64,000 bases of DNA from Candidatus Eiseniibacteriota bacterium. Lineage in GTDB: Bacteria; Eisenbacteria; RBG-16-71-46. The stretch covers positions 1-64,000 of the forward strand of contig JBGPFC010000011.1 of assembly GCA_041483195.1 (NCBI GenBank). Direction: 5' to 3'. The notes beneath the pieces are model-generated. The model worked only from the letters and a program-made list of their open reading frames with translations, was not told where the DNA came from and did no database searches. Positions 1-8,941 of this stretch are shown here, in pieces. The translations under genes and the position numbers were made by a program. The stretch's first letter is position 1; the number at the start of each line of letters is the position of its first letter.

Positions 1-235
1 CCGGCGCCTGCTCGCGCAACTGGGTGCGCGACACGAACGACAGCGCCTGCGGCGACTCGTAGTAGACCCGCGGCATCCGTGCCCCGGTGACCAGCGTTTC
101 TTTCAGGAACATCACCGGCCGCGTCGTGTCCGGCGCCGCAGGTCCCGCCGCCCCCGCCCACGCGGGCATCAGTGCCGCGAGTCCTACCAGCATCCACCAT
201 CCCACTCCCGCGCGGCGCGCGCGTCCCGTCGAAGA
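1..235 (-). repeat. Left arm of an inverted repeat (partner 15435..15669)
   Basis: Reverse complement of 1..235 matches 15435..15669 with two mismatches (GTA/GTG Val, CTG/CTC Leu; both synonymous). Confidence 0.93.
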
Positions 236-247
236 TTCGGAATGCAT
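1..247 (-). CDS. TonB-dependent receptor, 5' part only (runs off the left edge); near-identical paralogue of the TBDR at 15423
   Basis: Minus-strand ATG at 247 after AGGAGG; translates MHSESSTGRARRAGVGWWMLVGLAALMPAWAGAAGPAAPDTTRPVMFLKETLVTGARMPRVYYESPQALSFVSRTQLREQAP, i.e. signal peptide, TonB-box-like ETLVTG and plug start. Not in the supplied ORF track because it is truncated. Confidence 0.85.
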   Translation of the reverse strand, partial: MHSESSTGRARRAGVGWWMLVGLAALMPAWAGAAGPAAPDTTRPVMFLKETLVTGARMPRVYYESPQALSFVSRTQLREQAP

Positions 248-379
248 GTCGTCCTCCTGGGTCAGCACGCGCGACGACGGGCGATCACCCGCGCGGCGCG
301 TGCGCACACTCGTGCGTACCATAGGAGACGAGCGCGGCGCGGCGATATGGGGAAGAGTTGGGATGACGGCTACGAAAGA

Positions 380-1033
380 CTACGGAGCGTCGACCAGTCC
401 TTCGCGGATTGCGAGACGCACGAGCTGGGCCGCGGAACGGAGCCCGAGCTTGCGCATGAGGTTCGCGCGGTGGGTCTCGACGGTGCGTGCGCTGATGTCG
501 AATCGTGCCGCGATTTCCTTGGTCGAGAGCCCTTCCGCGATCCGTTTCAACACCTCGAGCTCGCGCTCGGTGAGATCGGCGAGCGGGCTCGCGGTCACGG
601 GCTTGCGCAACAGGTCGGCGAGCTGGCGCTGCACCTGCGGGCTGTAGTACGAGCGTCCCGCGCGCACGGCCTCGATGGCCGCCACCAGGTCCTGGACCGC
701 CGAATCCTTGAGCAGGTATCCGTCGGCGCCCTCGCGCACCGCGCGCTCGACGTACTCGGAGTCGGCGTGCATGCTGAGCACGAGCACTTTGATCTCGGGC
801 GCGATCTCGCGCGCGCGACGCAGCACTTCGAACCCGTCGATCCCCGGCATGCTGAGATCGAGCACCAGCACGTCGACCTCCATCTCCTCCAGCGCCGCGA
901 GCGCCGCCGCGCCGTCCGCGACCTCGCCCACCACGCTCACTGCGGGATCCGACTCGAGGATGCGCCTCACGCCCGCGCGCACCAGCGTGTGGTCGTCGGC
1001 GAGCAGCACGCGCGTGACGGGTGTCTGATTCAC
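380..1033 (-). CDS. NarL/FixJ-family response regulator (REC + LuxR HTH)
   Basis: VLLADDH...VLVLDLSMPGIDG...GADGYLLKDS receiver; LTERELEVLKRIAEGLSTKEIA...TVETHRANLMRKLG HTH. GTG start at 1033 overlaps the kinase stop (GTGA). Confidence 0.93.
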   Translation of the reverse strand: MNQTPVTRVLLADDHTLVRAGVRRILESDPAVSVVGEVADGAAALAALEEMEVDVLVLDLSMPGIDGFEVLRRAREIAPEIKVLVLSMHADSEYVERAVREGADGYLLKDSAVQDLVAAIEAVRAGRSYYSPQVQRQLADLLRKPVTASPLADLTERELEVLKRIAEGLSTKEIAARFDISARTVETHRANLMRKLGLRSAAQLVRLAIREGLVDAP

Positions 1034-2277
1034 GCCAGCGCCTCGCGCGGGATCGACGCTTCGACGCGAACGCCCGAGCCCGGCGCTCCGCCCACGCGCA
1101 GCGATCCACCCAGTGCGCTCACGCGCTCGCGCATCCCGAGCAATCCGAGGTGGGGCGTGATCTCGCCCTTCAGGCCGAGCCCATCGTCCTCGACGCACAC
1201 CACCACCCGTCCGCCCTCGAGGGCGAGCCGCACCTTCACTCCGCTCGCGCGCGCGTGACGCGCGACATTGGTGAGCGCCTCCTGCACCACGCGATACACC
1301 GCGACCTGGATGTCGGGCGCGAGCGCCGGCATGAACTCGGGGGAATGGAGATCGACCGGGATGCGGGTGCGTCGCGCGAAATCCTCGGTGAGCGCGCGAA
1401 TCGCCGGCAACAGCCCGAGGTCGTCGAGCACCGTCGGCCTCAGCAGGTTGCTGAGATCGCGCACCTGCGAGAGGGCGCGGCCCACCATCTCGCTCGCCTC
1501 GCGCCGGCCGTCGAGGTCGAGCTCGATCTTGACAGCGGTGAGGATCTGCCCCGCCTCGTCGTGGAGTTCGCGCGCGATGCGGCGGCGCTCGTCCTCCTGG
1601 CTGCGCAGCAGCAGGCGGGTGAGCTGCTCGAGCTGCGCGCTGCGCGCCTGGAGCGCGCGACGGCCCTCGCTCAGCACCAGGAACATGGTGCCGAGCCCGA
1701 CCACCGCGATGAACAACACATCGGCGAAGACACCGTAGAGCACCCCGCTTCCGAGCGGACGCAGCAGCGGATAATCCAGATGGTGAAGACCCCAGAGCGT
1801 GAACGTGACCGCCAGCAGCGTCGCGCCGCCCGAGTGCGCCTGGCGCCGGTGCCGCCAGAATACGCCCCCGGTCCAGAGCGTCACCCCGGACAGAAGTACC
1901 ACGCTCGAGACCCCGGCCGCGACCATGTTGTGGATCCCGAAGATCGAGAACGCGGCCCACGCCGATGAAGCGACGCCCAGCCACGCGTAACGCCATCGCC
2001 AGCGCAGGCCGCGCGCGAACTGGTGCGCCGCGAGCAGCAGCAGCAGCGCGCTGAAGCCGGTCACCGCCTGGTGCGCGAACAGCCAGCCCTCGCGGCGCGT
2101 GACGATGAACACGGCGATGCACGCGAGTCGCACCGCGTACAACGCCCACGCGATCGCCCAGGTCGCGAAGTAGGAACGCCGCTGGCGATGCCAGAGCGCG
2201 AGATAGACCATCGCCTGCAGAAACGTGAAGAACGCCTGAAAGGCGAGGGCCGCGAGCTCGAGCGTCTGCTGATTCAT
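1030..2277 (-). CDS. Membrane sensor histidine kinase (multi-TM sensor, HisKA_3 + HATPase)
   Basis: About 7 hydrophobic N-terminal segments; QEDERRRIARELHDEAGQ H-box, QEALTNVARHA N-box, EDDGLG and LGLLGMRERV G-boxes. Confidence 0.93.
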   Translation of the reverse strand: MNQQTLELAALAFQAFFTFLQAMVYLALWHRQRRSYFATWAIAWALYAVRLACIAVFIVTRREGWLFAHQAVTGFSALLLLLAAHQFARGLRWRWRYAWLGVASSAWAAFSIFGIHNMVAAGVSSVVLLSGVTLWTGGVFWRHRRQAHSGGATLLAVTFTLWGLHHLDYPLLRPLGSGVLYGVFADVLFIAVVGLGTMFLVLSEGRRALQARSAQLEQLTRLLLRSQEDERRRIARELHDEAGQILTAVKIELDLDGRREASEMVGRALSQVRDLSNLLRPTVLDDLGLLPAIRALTEDFARRTRIPVDLHSPEFMPALAPDIQVAVYRVVQEALTNVARHARASGVKVRLALEGGRVVVCVEDDGLGLKGEITPHLGLLGMRERVSALGGSLRVGGAPGSGVRVEASIPREALA

Positions 2278-2366
2278 TCGCGGACTCTACCGCAAAGCGC
2301 GGCGCGGGGGACCGGCGCCCGGCCGCGCCCGAGCGCCGTGCGCCGCTGCGCCGCGACCGGGCCCGC

Positions 2367-5300
2367 TCACTTCCTTCGGGGGGGAGACGCCATCGACGGG
2401 TCGTGGCACTGGATGCACAGCTCGCGCTTCGGCTCATGCGTGAGCAGGTGGTCCTCCTCGCTCGCGTGCGGCCGGTGGCACCCGATGCAGGTGAGCGGCC
2501 CCCCGGTGCGCGGATCCTTGCGGTCCTTGAACGGATGGTAGTGCTTGGACATGTCGGCGTGGCAGGTCTGGCACAGCGCGTTGACGTCTTTCTTGAGCAG
2601 GCGCGCGCCGTCGGTCGCGTGCGGATCGTGACAGGTCGTGCAGCCGTTCTCGAGCGCCTTGTGCTTGACGCGGCCCGCGAACAGCTTCGGGTCGTGGCAG
2701 CGGAGGCACAGGCGGTCGGCGGGCTCGCGCAGCATCGGCGCGGCCGCGGCCCCGTGCGGCGCGTGGCAAGTGAGACACTCGCGCTCGGTCCGCAGCGCGG
2801 CGTGCACGTTCGATTTCGCGAGCGCTGCCTTGATCGGCTCGTGGCACTTGAAGCACAGCGCGGAGCCCTTCGCGAGCAACGCGCCGCCGGTCTTGGTCGC
2901 GTGGCACGATGCGCACTCCCCGCGCGCGAACGGCAGGTGCGATTGCGGCCGCAGCAGCCCCCGCCTGCCCCTGGCCTGGACGTGCGGGTCGTGGCAGGAG
3001 AGGCAGTTCACCACCGCGAGGTCCATGCCCGGATGGCGCGCCACGAACGCGGCGTTCTTCGCCGTGTGACAGCCCGCGCAGATTGCCGCCCCCGCCTTGC
3101 GCGTCATCCCCGGATTCGCGGAGCCGTGGCTCGCGTGGCAGGTCAGGCACATTCCCATCGCGACCGGCGGGTGCGCCGTGCCCTGCTCGATGCGCTGCGC
3201 GAGCGCGGTGTGACAGCCGAAGCAGAGCTGCGCGACGCGCGACTTGAGCAGCGACGGATTCACGCTCTGATGCGGCTCGTGGCAGCTCGCGCAATCGCCC
3301 GCGCGCGCGGGAGGATGGCCGTGAGCGAGCGCCGCGTCCTTCGTCACCTGGGCGTGGCAGGCGGTGCACAACCGCTGCGGCGACTGCGAGAGCAGCGCGC
3401 TGCGCTCCGATGCATGCGGCGTGTGACACGTGAGGCACTGCCCCGCCCCCGCGGGCGGATGCACGTGGGCGGCGGGCGTCTTCGGACGGCCCACGTCGTG
3501 GCACTTTCCGCACAGCTGGGTCTTGGGCGCGATCAGCGTCGCGGCGCTGGGCGGCGCGCCGGCGGCGTGGCAGCGCGTGCAGTCCTGTTCGGCGAACCCC
3601 GGATGCGTGTGCGCGGCGAGCAACGCCGCGCTCTTCGATTCGTGGGGCGTGTGGCAGCTCAGGCAGTTGACCCCCGTGAGCTGGGCGCCGCGGTGCTTGC
3701 CGCGGAGATCTTCGTCGGCGGGATCGTGGCAATCCGCGCACAACGCAGGGACCGCTTTCGTCAGCGCGGGCGGCACCACGCCGCCATGCGGATCGTGGCA
3801 GGTGAGGCAATCGCCACTCTCGACCGGTGGATGCACCGTGCCCCCCCGCTTGCCGATGTCGGCGTGGCACGGCACGCACAGGCCTCCGCCCTGCGCCTTC
3901 AGCAGCTTCGAGTTCTTCGAGCCGTGCGGCTCGTGGCACATGGCGCACGCCCCGTTCGCGGCGGCGGTGTGCGCGCCGGCGGATGCGATCTTCCTTCCGA
4001 TCTCGGCGTGGCAGGTGGTGCAAAGCTCGGCCGGCGGCCGCACCAGCAACGCCAGCGTCTCGCCGCCGTGCGGCGCGTGGCAGGTCAAGCACTGGCCCGA
4101 TTGCGCGGGGGGATGCGAGTGCTCGGATTTCGCGGCGCGTCCCACCTCCGGATGGCACGTGAGGCACAGCGCCTCGCCCGCGGCGCGCGTCAGCTTCGGC
4201 GCGTCCGACTGATGGGGGTCGTGGCACGCCGTGCAGTTCCCGGCGCGGAACGGCGGATGCGCCTCCTTGCCGCTCACCTTCTGGTCGACGCCCGCATGGC
4301 AACTGGTGCACAGCTCGCGCCCCTCGCGTCGCAGCAGGTGGAGATTCTCGCTCGCGTGCGGGGCATGGCAGCGCAGGCAATCTTTCTTCGCGGCCGGCGG
4401 GTGGGTCCCGCTGTTCGCGGCGAGGCGCTTCGCGAGATCCTGGTGGCAGCCCAGGCACATCGACCCGTCGTCCGACTTCACGAGCTTCGCGCGATCCGAG
4501 CCATGGGGCTCGTGGCACGCCGAGCACTCGCCCTTCGCGAACGGCGGATGTACGACCGGGAGTTTGGCGGCTTCGGCCACCTCGCCGTGACACGTGCCGC
4601 ACAGCGTGTTCGGCTTGTCGCGCAGCAGCGCGCCGCCCTCGCCGCGATGCGGGTCGTGACAGGTGAGGCACTGGCCTTCGGCCGCGGGCGGATGCGGATG
4701 CGGCTTGCGATCGAGCCCGGCCTTCTCGTCGTGACACGTCACGCACAGCGCCGGGACTTCGGCGATCAGCTTCGCGGTGGGCTTGCCGTCGCTCGATGCG
4801 TGACACGCCTCGCACTGGCCCTCCGCGACCGGCGGATGCGTCCCCGCCCGCGCGAGCTTCGGTGAGGACGAGGCGTGCGCCGCGTGACAATCGAGGCACG
4901 CGAGCGCGCCGCGCACGACCTTCGCGTGCGCGGCCTCGATCTGCGGCGCGGCGTGACAGCCCGCGCACAACGCGTCGCCTTCCGCCTTGAGGAGCCCGGG
5001 CGCCGCGCTCCCGTGCGGCGCGTGGCAGGCGCCGCAGTCTCCCGACCTGAACGGCGGGTGGACGTCGGCCAGCGACATCTCCTGCTTCGCCGCGGCGTGG
5101 CACTTGAAGCACGAGGCCTCGGGGCCGCCCGCGCGCACCAGGTGCGGAGCGTCGGTCGCGTGCGGCTCGTGGCAGCCGAGGCACCCGCCGCTCGCGAACG
5201 CCGGGTGCGGGTGCGCGGGCTTCGCCTTCGCGAGATCGCCGTGACAGTCGAAGCACAGGTCCGGGAGCTTCTTCTTGAGCACCAGCTTCTGGGCGAACCC

Positions 5301-5516
5301 GTGGCTCATGTGGCACGCGCCGCAATCGTTCTTCGCGACCGGGGCGTGCACGAATTTCTTCCGATACTCCTGCTTCGACTGGGTGTGGCAGTCGTAGCAG
5401 GTGCGGGCCGGGGCGCCGCCCGCGGGTGAGTGCGAGGCCACGAGTCCCGCGGCGAAGAGTACGCCCGCGAACAGCGCCGCGAGGCCGCGGCGCGGCGGGC
5501 GTTTCGATGGGCTCAT
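2367..5516 (-). CDS. Giant periplasmic multiheme cytochrome c, 42 CxxCH motifs (paired-CXXCH repeat type), ~1049 aa
   Basis: ATG 5516 overlaps the upstream TGA; signal peptide MSPSKRPPRRGLAALFAGVLFAAGLVA; 42 CxxCH counted by hand, in repeating H-P-P...CxxCHxPH...LCxxCH units. Confidence 0.95.
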   Translation of the reverse strand: MSPSKRPPRRGLAALFAGVLFAAGLVASHSPAGGAPARTCYDCHTQSKQEYRKKFVHAPVAKNDCGACHMSHGFAQKLVLKKKLPDLCFDCHGDLAKAKPAHPHPAFASGGCLGCHEPHATDAPHLVRAGGPEASCFKCHAAAKQEMSLADVHPPFRSGDCGACHAPHGSAAPGLLKAEGDALCAGCHAAPQIEAAHAKVVRGALACLDCHAAHASSSPKLARAGTHPPVAEGQCEACHASSDGKPTAKLIAEVPALCVTCHDEKAGLDRKPHPHPPAAEGQCLTCHDPHRGEGGALLRDKPNTLCGTCHGEVAEAAKLPVVHPPFAKGECSACHEPHGSDRAKLVKSDDGSMCLGCHQDLAKRLAANSGTHPPAAKKDCLRCHAPHASENLHLLRREGRELCTSCHAGVDQKVSGKEAHPPFRAGNCTACHDPHQSDAPKLTRAAGEALCLTCHPEVGRAAKSEHSHPPAQSGQCLTCHAPHGGETLALLVRPPAELCTTCHAEIGRKIASAGAHTAAANGACAMCHEPHGSKNSKLLKAQGGGLCVPCHADIGKRGGTVHPPVESGDCLTCHDPHGGVVPPALTKAVPALCADCHDPADEDLRGKHRGAQLTGVNCLSCHTPHESKSAALLAAHTHPGFAEQDCTRCHAAGAPPSAATLIAPKTQLCGKCHDVGRPKTPAAHVHPPAGAGQCLTCHTPHASERSALLSQSPQRLCTACHAQVTKDAALAHGHPPARAGDCASCHEPHQSVNPSLLKSRVAQLCFGCHTALAQRIEQGTAHPPVAMGMCLTCHASHGSANPGMTRKAGAAICAGCHTAKNAAFVARHPGMDLAVVNCLSCHDPHVQARGRRGLLRPQSHLPFARGECASCHATKTGGALLAKGSALCFKCHEPIKAALAKSNVHAALRTERECLTCHAPHGAAAAPMLREPADRLCLRCHDPKLFAGRVKHKALENGCTTCHDPHATDGARLLKKDVNALCQTCHADMSKHYHPFKDRKDPRTGGPLTCIGCHRPHASEEDHLLTHEPKRELCIQCHDPSMASPPRRK

Positions 5517-5992
5517 GGGGCGGAGCCGCCGGAGGCCGTGCTGTCGCCGCTCACGATCGCGGCGCGATCCTCGAAGTCCACGCGCGCGATCTGGAACGCG
5601 AGCAGGCTGCGGCGCCCGAAATGGGGCGGCATGTTGAGAAACGCCCAGCTCGTGTCCTGCGGCACGCCCTGTTTGCGCACGACGATGCGGAACGCCGGGT
5701 TGTTTGGCTGGTTCGAGCGCGAGCTCACGACGCGCGTCTTGAGATTCATGGTGAAGTCGGGAACGAATTCCGTCACCTGCGCAGTGTACGGAGTGTCCCC
5801 CACCTGGAAATCCTGCTTGAGCCGCACCGAGTCTTCCTCGCGGAAGCCGGGAAGCGCGCGATGCCGGATCCGGAGCGTCACGCTCTTCACGCGCAGCTTG
5901 CGTACCGGCGAAGGCGGCTCGGCGGCGCCGGCCGACACGCCCGCGAATACCGAGAGCACCAACATCAGCCTCACCAGGGCGCGGGCTCTCAT
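5513..5992 (-). CDS. Exported protein with a ResB/Ccs1 periplasmic-domain-like motif, 159 aa
   Basis: Signal peptide MRARALVRLMLVLSVFAGVSAGA; motif EFVPDF...SSRSNQPNNPAFRIVV...SWAF recalls the beta-rich ResB soluble domain; ATGA coupling at both ends. Confidence 0.7.
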   Translation of the reverse strand: MRARALVRLMLVLSVFAGVSAGAAEPPSPVRKLRVKSVTLRIRHRALPGFREEDSVRLKQDFQVGDTPYTAQVTEFVPDFTMNLKTRVVSSRSNQPNNPAFRIVVRKQGVPQDTSWAFLNMPPHFGRRSLLAFQIARVDFEDRAAIVSGDSTASGGSAP

Positions 5993-6624
5993 TTCGATCC
6001 TCCCGTCGCGGTCGACGGGCCGTCCGGCGGACCCGCGCGGAACCCCGAGAGCATCTCGGATGCGAGCTCGGACGCGAGCCGGCTCGCGCTGCGCTCGCGG
6101 CCCCAGCCGAACACCGTCTCGCGGTCGTCGCCGGACCGGAATCGCGACGCCGCCCACAACACGCGGCCGCTCGCCGCATCGGTGAGCAGGAGGCTCACGC
6201 CGATCGCCGGAACGTCGCCATCCGGAGTGCGCGCCATGACGTTCTCGAGGACGGTCCCTGACATCACGAGGTCCGCGCGGAGGGCGGCGCCGAGCCTGCG
6301 CAGATCGGCCGGGGCCAGCGCTCCCGCCGGATGGATGCGCAACGAATCGAGCGCGGCGTCCACGTCCCCCGGGCCCAGCAGCTCGCACGAGCCGGTTCGC
6401 GCCAGCGCGCTGAAGAAGATCGGAGTCAGCGCCGCCCCCGCCTCGGGGCGCCCGGTGAGATTCTCGAGCGGCAGCAGCGCGACGCGCGGATGACCGGCGA
6501 GGGCCGGGGGCGCTGGGCGCAGCGTGCGGCCTGCGCCCGCGCATCCACACGCGAGCATCGCGAGCGCGCCCACCGCGGCGCACGCCAGCACCGCGCGGCG
6601 CCCGGCTCGAACGCGCGCGCGCAT
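5989..6624 (-). CDS. Lipoprotein, CsgG/DUF799(GNA1162)-like fold
   Basis: Lipobox-like LACGC; RVALLPLENLT...LGAALRADLVMSGTVLE...LLLTDAASGRVLWAAS pattern; coupled start (TGATG). Confidence 0.75.
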   Translation of the reverse strand: MRARVRAGRRAVLACAAVGALAMLACGCAGAGRTLRPAPPALAGHPRVALLPLENLTGRPEAGAALTPIFFSALARTGSCELLGPGDVDAALDSLRIHPAGALAPADLRRLGAALRADLVMSGTVLENVMARTPDGDVPAIGVSLLLTDAASGRVLWAASRFRSGDDRETVFGWGRERSASRLASELASEMLSGFRAGPPDGPSTATGGSK

Positions 6625-7247
6625 CAGAACGCCTTCGCCCGCAGGTGCGCGACGGCGTCGGCGCACGCGTCCTGCGTGAGGCGGCCGAAGGTGCGCTCGC
6701 TCGGGCCGCCGAACACCGGCACGCGCCCGTGACCGCGGCGATTGATGGAGATCCTCCACACGACCCTTTGGGTCGCCGCGTCGAGCAGCTCGACGTCGAA
6801 GCTCACGGCCGGGAAGTCGTCCCCTCCCGCGCGCTGGGTGGAATACTCGGTGACGGCCCCCCGGATGATGCCGTTCGCCTCAGCCTTCGCGGCGGCATCC
6901 TTCAGCTTGTCGGGATCGTAGCGGCCCTCGACGTTGGGCTCTCCGCCCACCTTCTCCAGCGAGGCCGCGAATTCGGAGGGCTCGATCACCTCGAAAGGAT
7001 GCGCGATGATGAGCTCCGTGATGAATGCGCGGGTGACACGCTCGCCGGCGAATCGGTCGGGGCTCAGATTGCTGAATGGGAGCACGGCGACCCGGCGGTA
7101 GAAGCTCATGTCCGCCTGGTCGCTCACGAAGAGGCGCGGCGCAGCTGCGCAGCCCGCGAGCAGCGCGAGGCCCGAGGCGGCCGCGACCGCGATCGGAATC
7201 GCACGGCGCACCGCGGGAAAATGGTTCGCGCCGCTCGCGTGCCTCAT
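6624..7247 (-). CDS. Lipoprotein, CsgG/DUF799(GNA1162)-like fold (paralogue of neighbour)
   Basis: Lipobox LAGC; RVAVLPFSNLS...ANGIIRGAVTEY...VELLDAATQRVVW; ATG 7247 overlaps the barrel stop (ATGA). Confidence 0.8.
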   Translation of the reverse strand: MRHASGANHFPAVRRAIPIAVAAASGLALLAGCAAAPRLFVSDQADMSFYRRVAVLPFSNLSPDRFAGERVTRAFITELIIAHPFEVIEPSEFAASLEKVGGEPNVEGRYDPDKLKDAAAKAEANGIIRGAVTEYSTQRAGGDDFPAVSFDVELLDAATQRVVWRISINRRGHGRVPVFGGPSERTFGRLTQDACADAVAHLRAKAF

Positions 7248-8941
7248 CGCCCGAAGCTCCGGGTGATCGTCACATCCGCCTGTCGCGCGCGGCTCCCCGC
7301 GCCCGGATCCACCACGCTCATGCCGGCATTGAACACGAGATCGCGGCCGAGTCCCAACAGCAATCGGCCTCCCAGCACCTCGCGGCCCGGAATCTGCGCA
7401 GCGGAGCTCTGCGCCTGGCGCTGATCGCTGCGCGTCCAGTTCCCGGACATCTGGAACCTCGCCCCGGGACTCCAGCGTGCCGTCCACTGGCGGGTCGAGA
7501 CCCGCGGATCGTCGTTCGGCTGTGCGCCCGCGCGCGACAGGCTGGCGGTGACGTCCAGCGTCCGCGCCGGCTTCCAGCGGAGATCGAGGCCCAGCATGTG
7601 TGAGATCGACCGCGCATCGAAGAGGCCCGGCCCCGAGCGATATCTCCGCTCGGCGAGCACGAGGGTGAGACCCCGCCACGGGGTGGCGGTGACCCCCGAC
7701 CCCGCCTGCGTGATGACGCGCACGCCGTGGGCCGCGGTATCGCCGTTGCTCGTCACCTGAAAATCGGTCGTGACGTCCAGCCCCTTGCGCAGGTGAACGC
7801 TCGTCGCGCCGCGAAAGCTCTCGACACCGAAGACCGACTGGCTCGGATTCCAGCTCGTCACGTGGGAGACGCTCGCGGTCCCGCGCCAATCGGGCCGCAC
7901 CACGCCGTCGAACGCCGCGGTGGCCGACGCGTAGCGCATGAGCCCGTTCACGGTCGCGGTGCGCGCGGTCCGCGCTCCCCCAGAGATCGTCCCGTGGAAC
8001 GCCTGCGCGGGATGCACGTCGAGCAGCAACCCCGCGTCGTGGTCGACGAAGCGGGTGACGCTCGAACCCCCGGTGTCGAGGCGTCGCGCCGCGTAATTGA
8101 GCGCCCAGTCCAGGCGGCGCGACTGGCGCAGCCCCGCGGTCAGCGTGCCGCCCAGGGTCTGCGTCAGGTTGCCGGCACCACGCGCGTTTTCGACGCGGGT
8201 GTGCGAGAGATCGGCATCCATCCCGATCGAGAGGGCCGGCCGCGGCGTCGCGCGAAGCGAGGCCCCCGACGTGATCGATCGCTGGGTCGTGGCGCGAGTC
8301 GCCGCGCCCGACGGCTGGTGGACGAGGTCGCTGTATCCGCCACGCATGCTCAACACCCCGCGATCCCACGTAGACTGCACGCTGCGCGTGGCTCCCAGGT
8401 CTTCCGGGATCTGGCCATCGGCGCTGCGATGCCGCCGGATCCACGACGCGTCGACGCGCGGAAGGTTCGGCGCGGCCAGATAGCCCGAGAACAGGGCCTC
8501 CTGCGTTCGCGTTCGCACGCTGGGCCCGTTCGCCGTGTCGCCGATCGCGGTGACCGAGGTGGTGGGCCGGTACGATCCGCTCAATCCGAACAGCGGATGG
8601 CTCAGCCGCAGCGCGCCGTACGGCGTGCGGCTCTGGCTCGCGCGATCCTGGTACGAAAGATCGGTGAGCCGCAGCTGCGACACGACGTCCAGGCGCTCGC
8701 CCATGCGCGTCGCGTGATTGAGCTCGTAGTTCTGGATCCAGAACCGTGAGGAGATGGTGGTGTCGCGCGCGCTCCCGTCCGGGGCGAGACGGCGCACCGT
8801 CTGCCGCACCTCCTGGAACTGCACCTGAAGATGACCCGAGAGCGGCTGCGCGGAGGCCGCGCCCGCCGCGCCGAGCACGGCGGCCGCGCACGCTGCGGCG
8901 AAACCTGGGGCCCGCGCGCGCGCGCGCGCCTCATCGCGCAT
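7244..8941 (-). CDS. Predicted outer-membrane beta-barrel protein of the cytochrome cluster
   Basis: Signal peptide ending AASA-Q; many alternating amphipathic strands; C-terminal ADVTITRSF; lies between cytochromes and lipoproteins. Confidence 0.75.
   Translation of the reverse strand: MRDEARARARAPGFAAACAAAVLGAAGAASAQPLSGHLQVQFQEVRQTVRRLAPDGSARDTTISSRFWIQNYELNHATRMGERLDVVSQLRLTDLSYQDRASQSRTPYGALRLSHPLFGLSGSYRPTTSVTAIGDTANGPSVRTRTQEALFSGYLAAPNLPRVDASWIRRHRSADGQIPEDLGATRSVQSTWDRGVLSMRGGYSDLVHQPSGAATRATTQRSITSGASLRATPRPALSIGMDADLSHTRVENARGAGNLTQTLGGTLTAGLRQSRRLDWALNYAARRLDTGGSSVTRFVDHDAGLLLDVHPAQAFHGTISGGARTARTATVNGLMRYASATAAFDGVVRPDWRGTASVSHVTSWNPSQSVFGVESFRGATSVHLRKGLDVTTDFQVTSNGDTAAHGVRVITQAGSGVTATPWRGLTLVLAERRYRSGPGLFDARSISHMLGLDLRWKPARTLDVTASLSRAGAQPNDDPRVSTRQWTARWSPGARFQMSGNWTRSDQRQAQSSAAQIPGREVLGGRLLLGLGRDLVFNAGMSVVDPGAGSRARQADVTITRSFGR

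Noticed and set aside
2367..5516. Regularly spaced GTGGCA/GTGACA repeats that could suggest a CRISPR array
   Set aside because: They are the antisense of Cys-His codons in CxxCH motifs inside a CDS; there are no fixed-length repeats or spacers and no cas genes.
8912..8929. (CG)n tract near the barrel start as a phase-variation site
   Set aside because: Short CG runs are common at this GC content (also ~46580 and ~63820) and the frame is intact.
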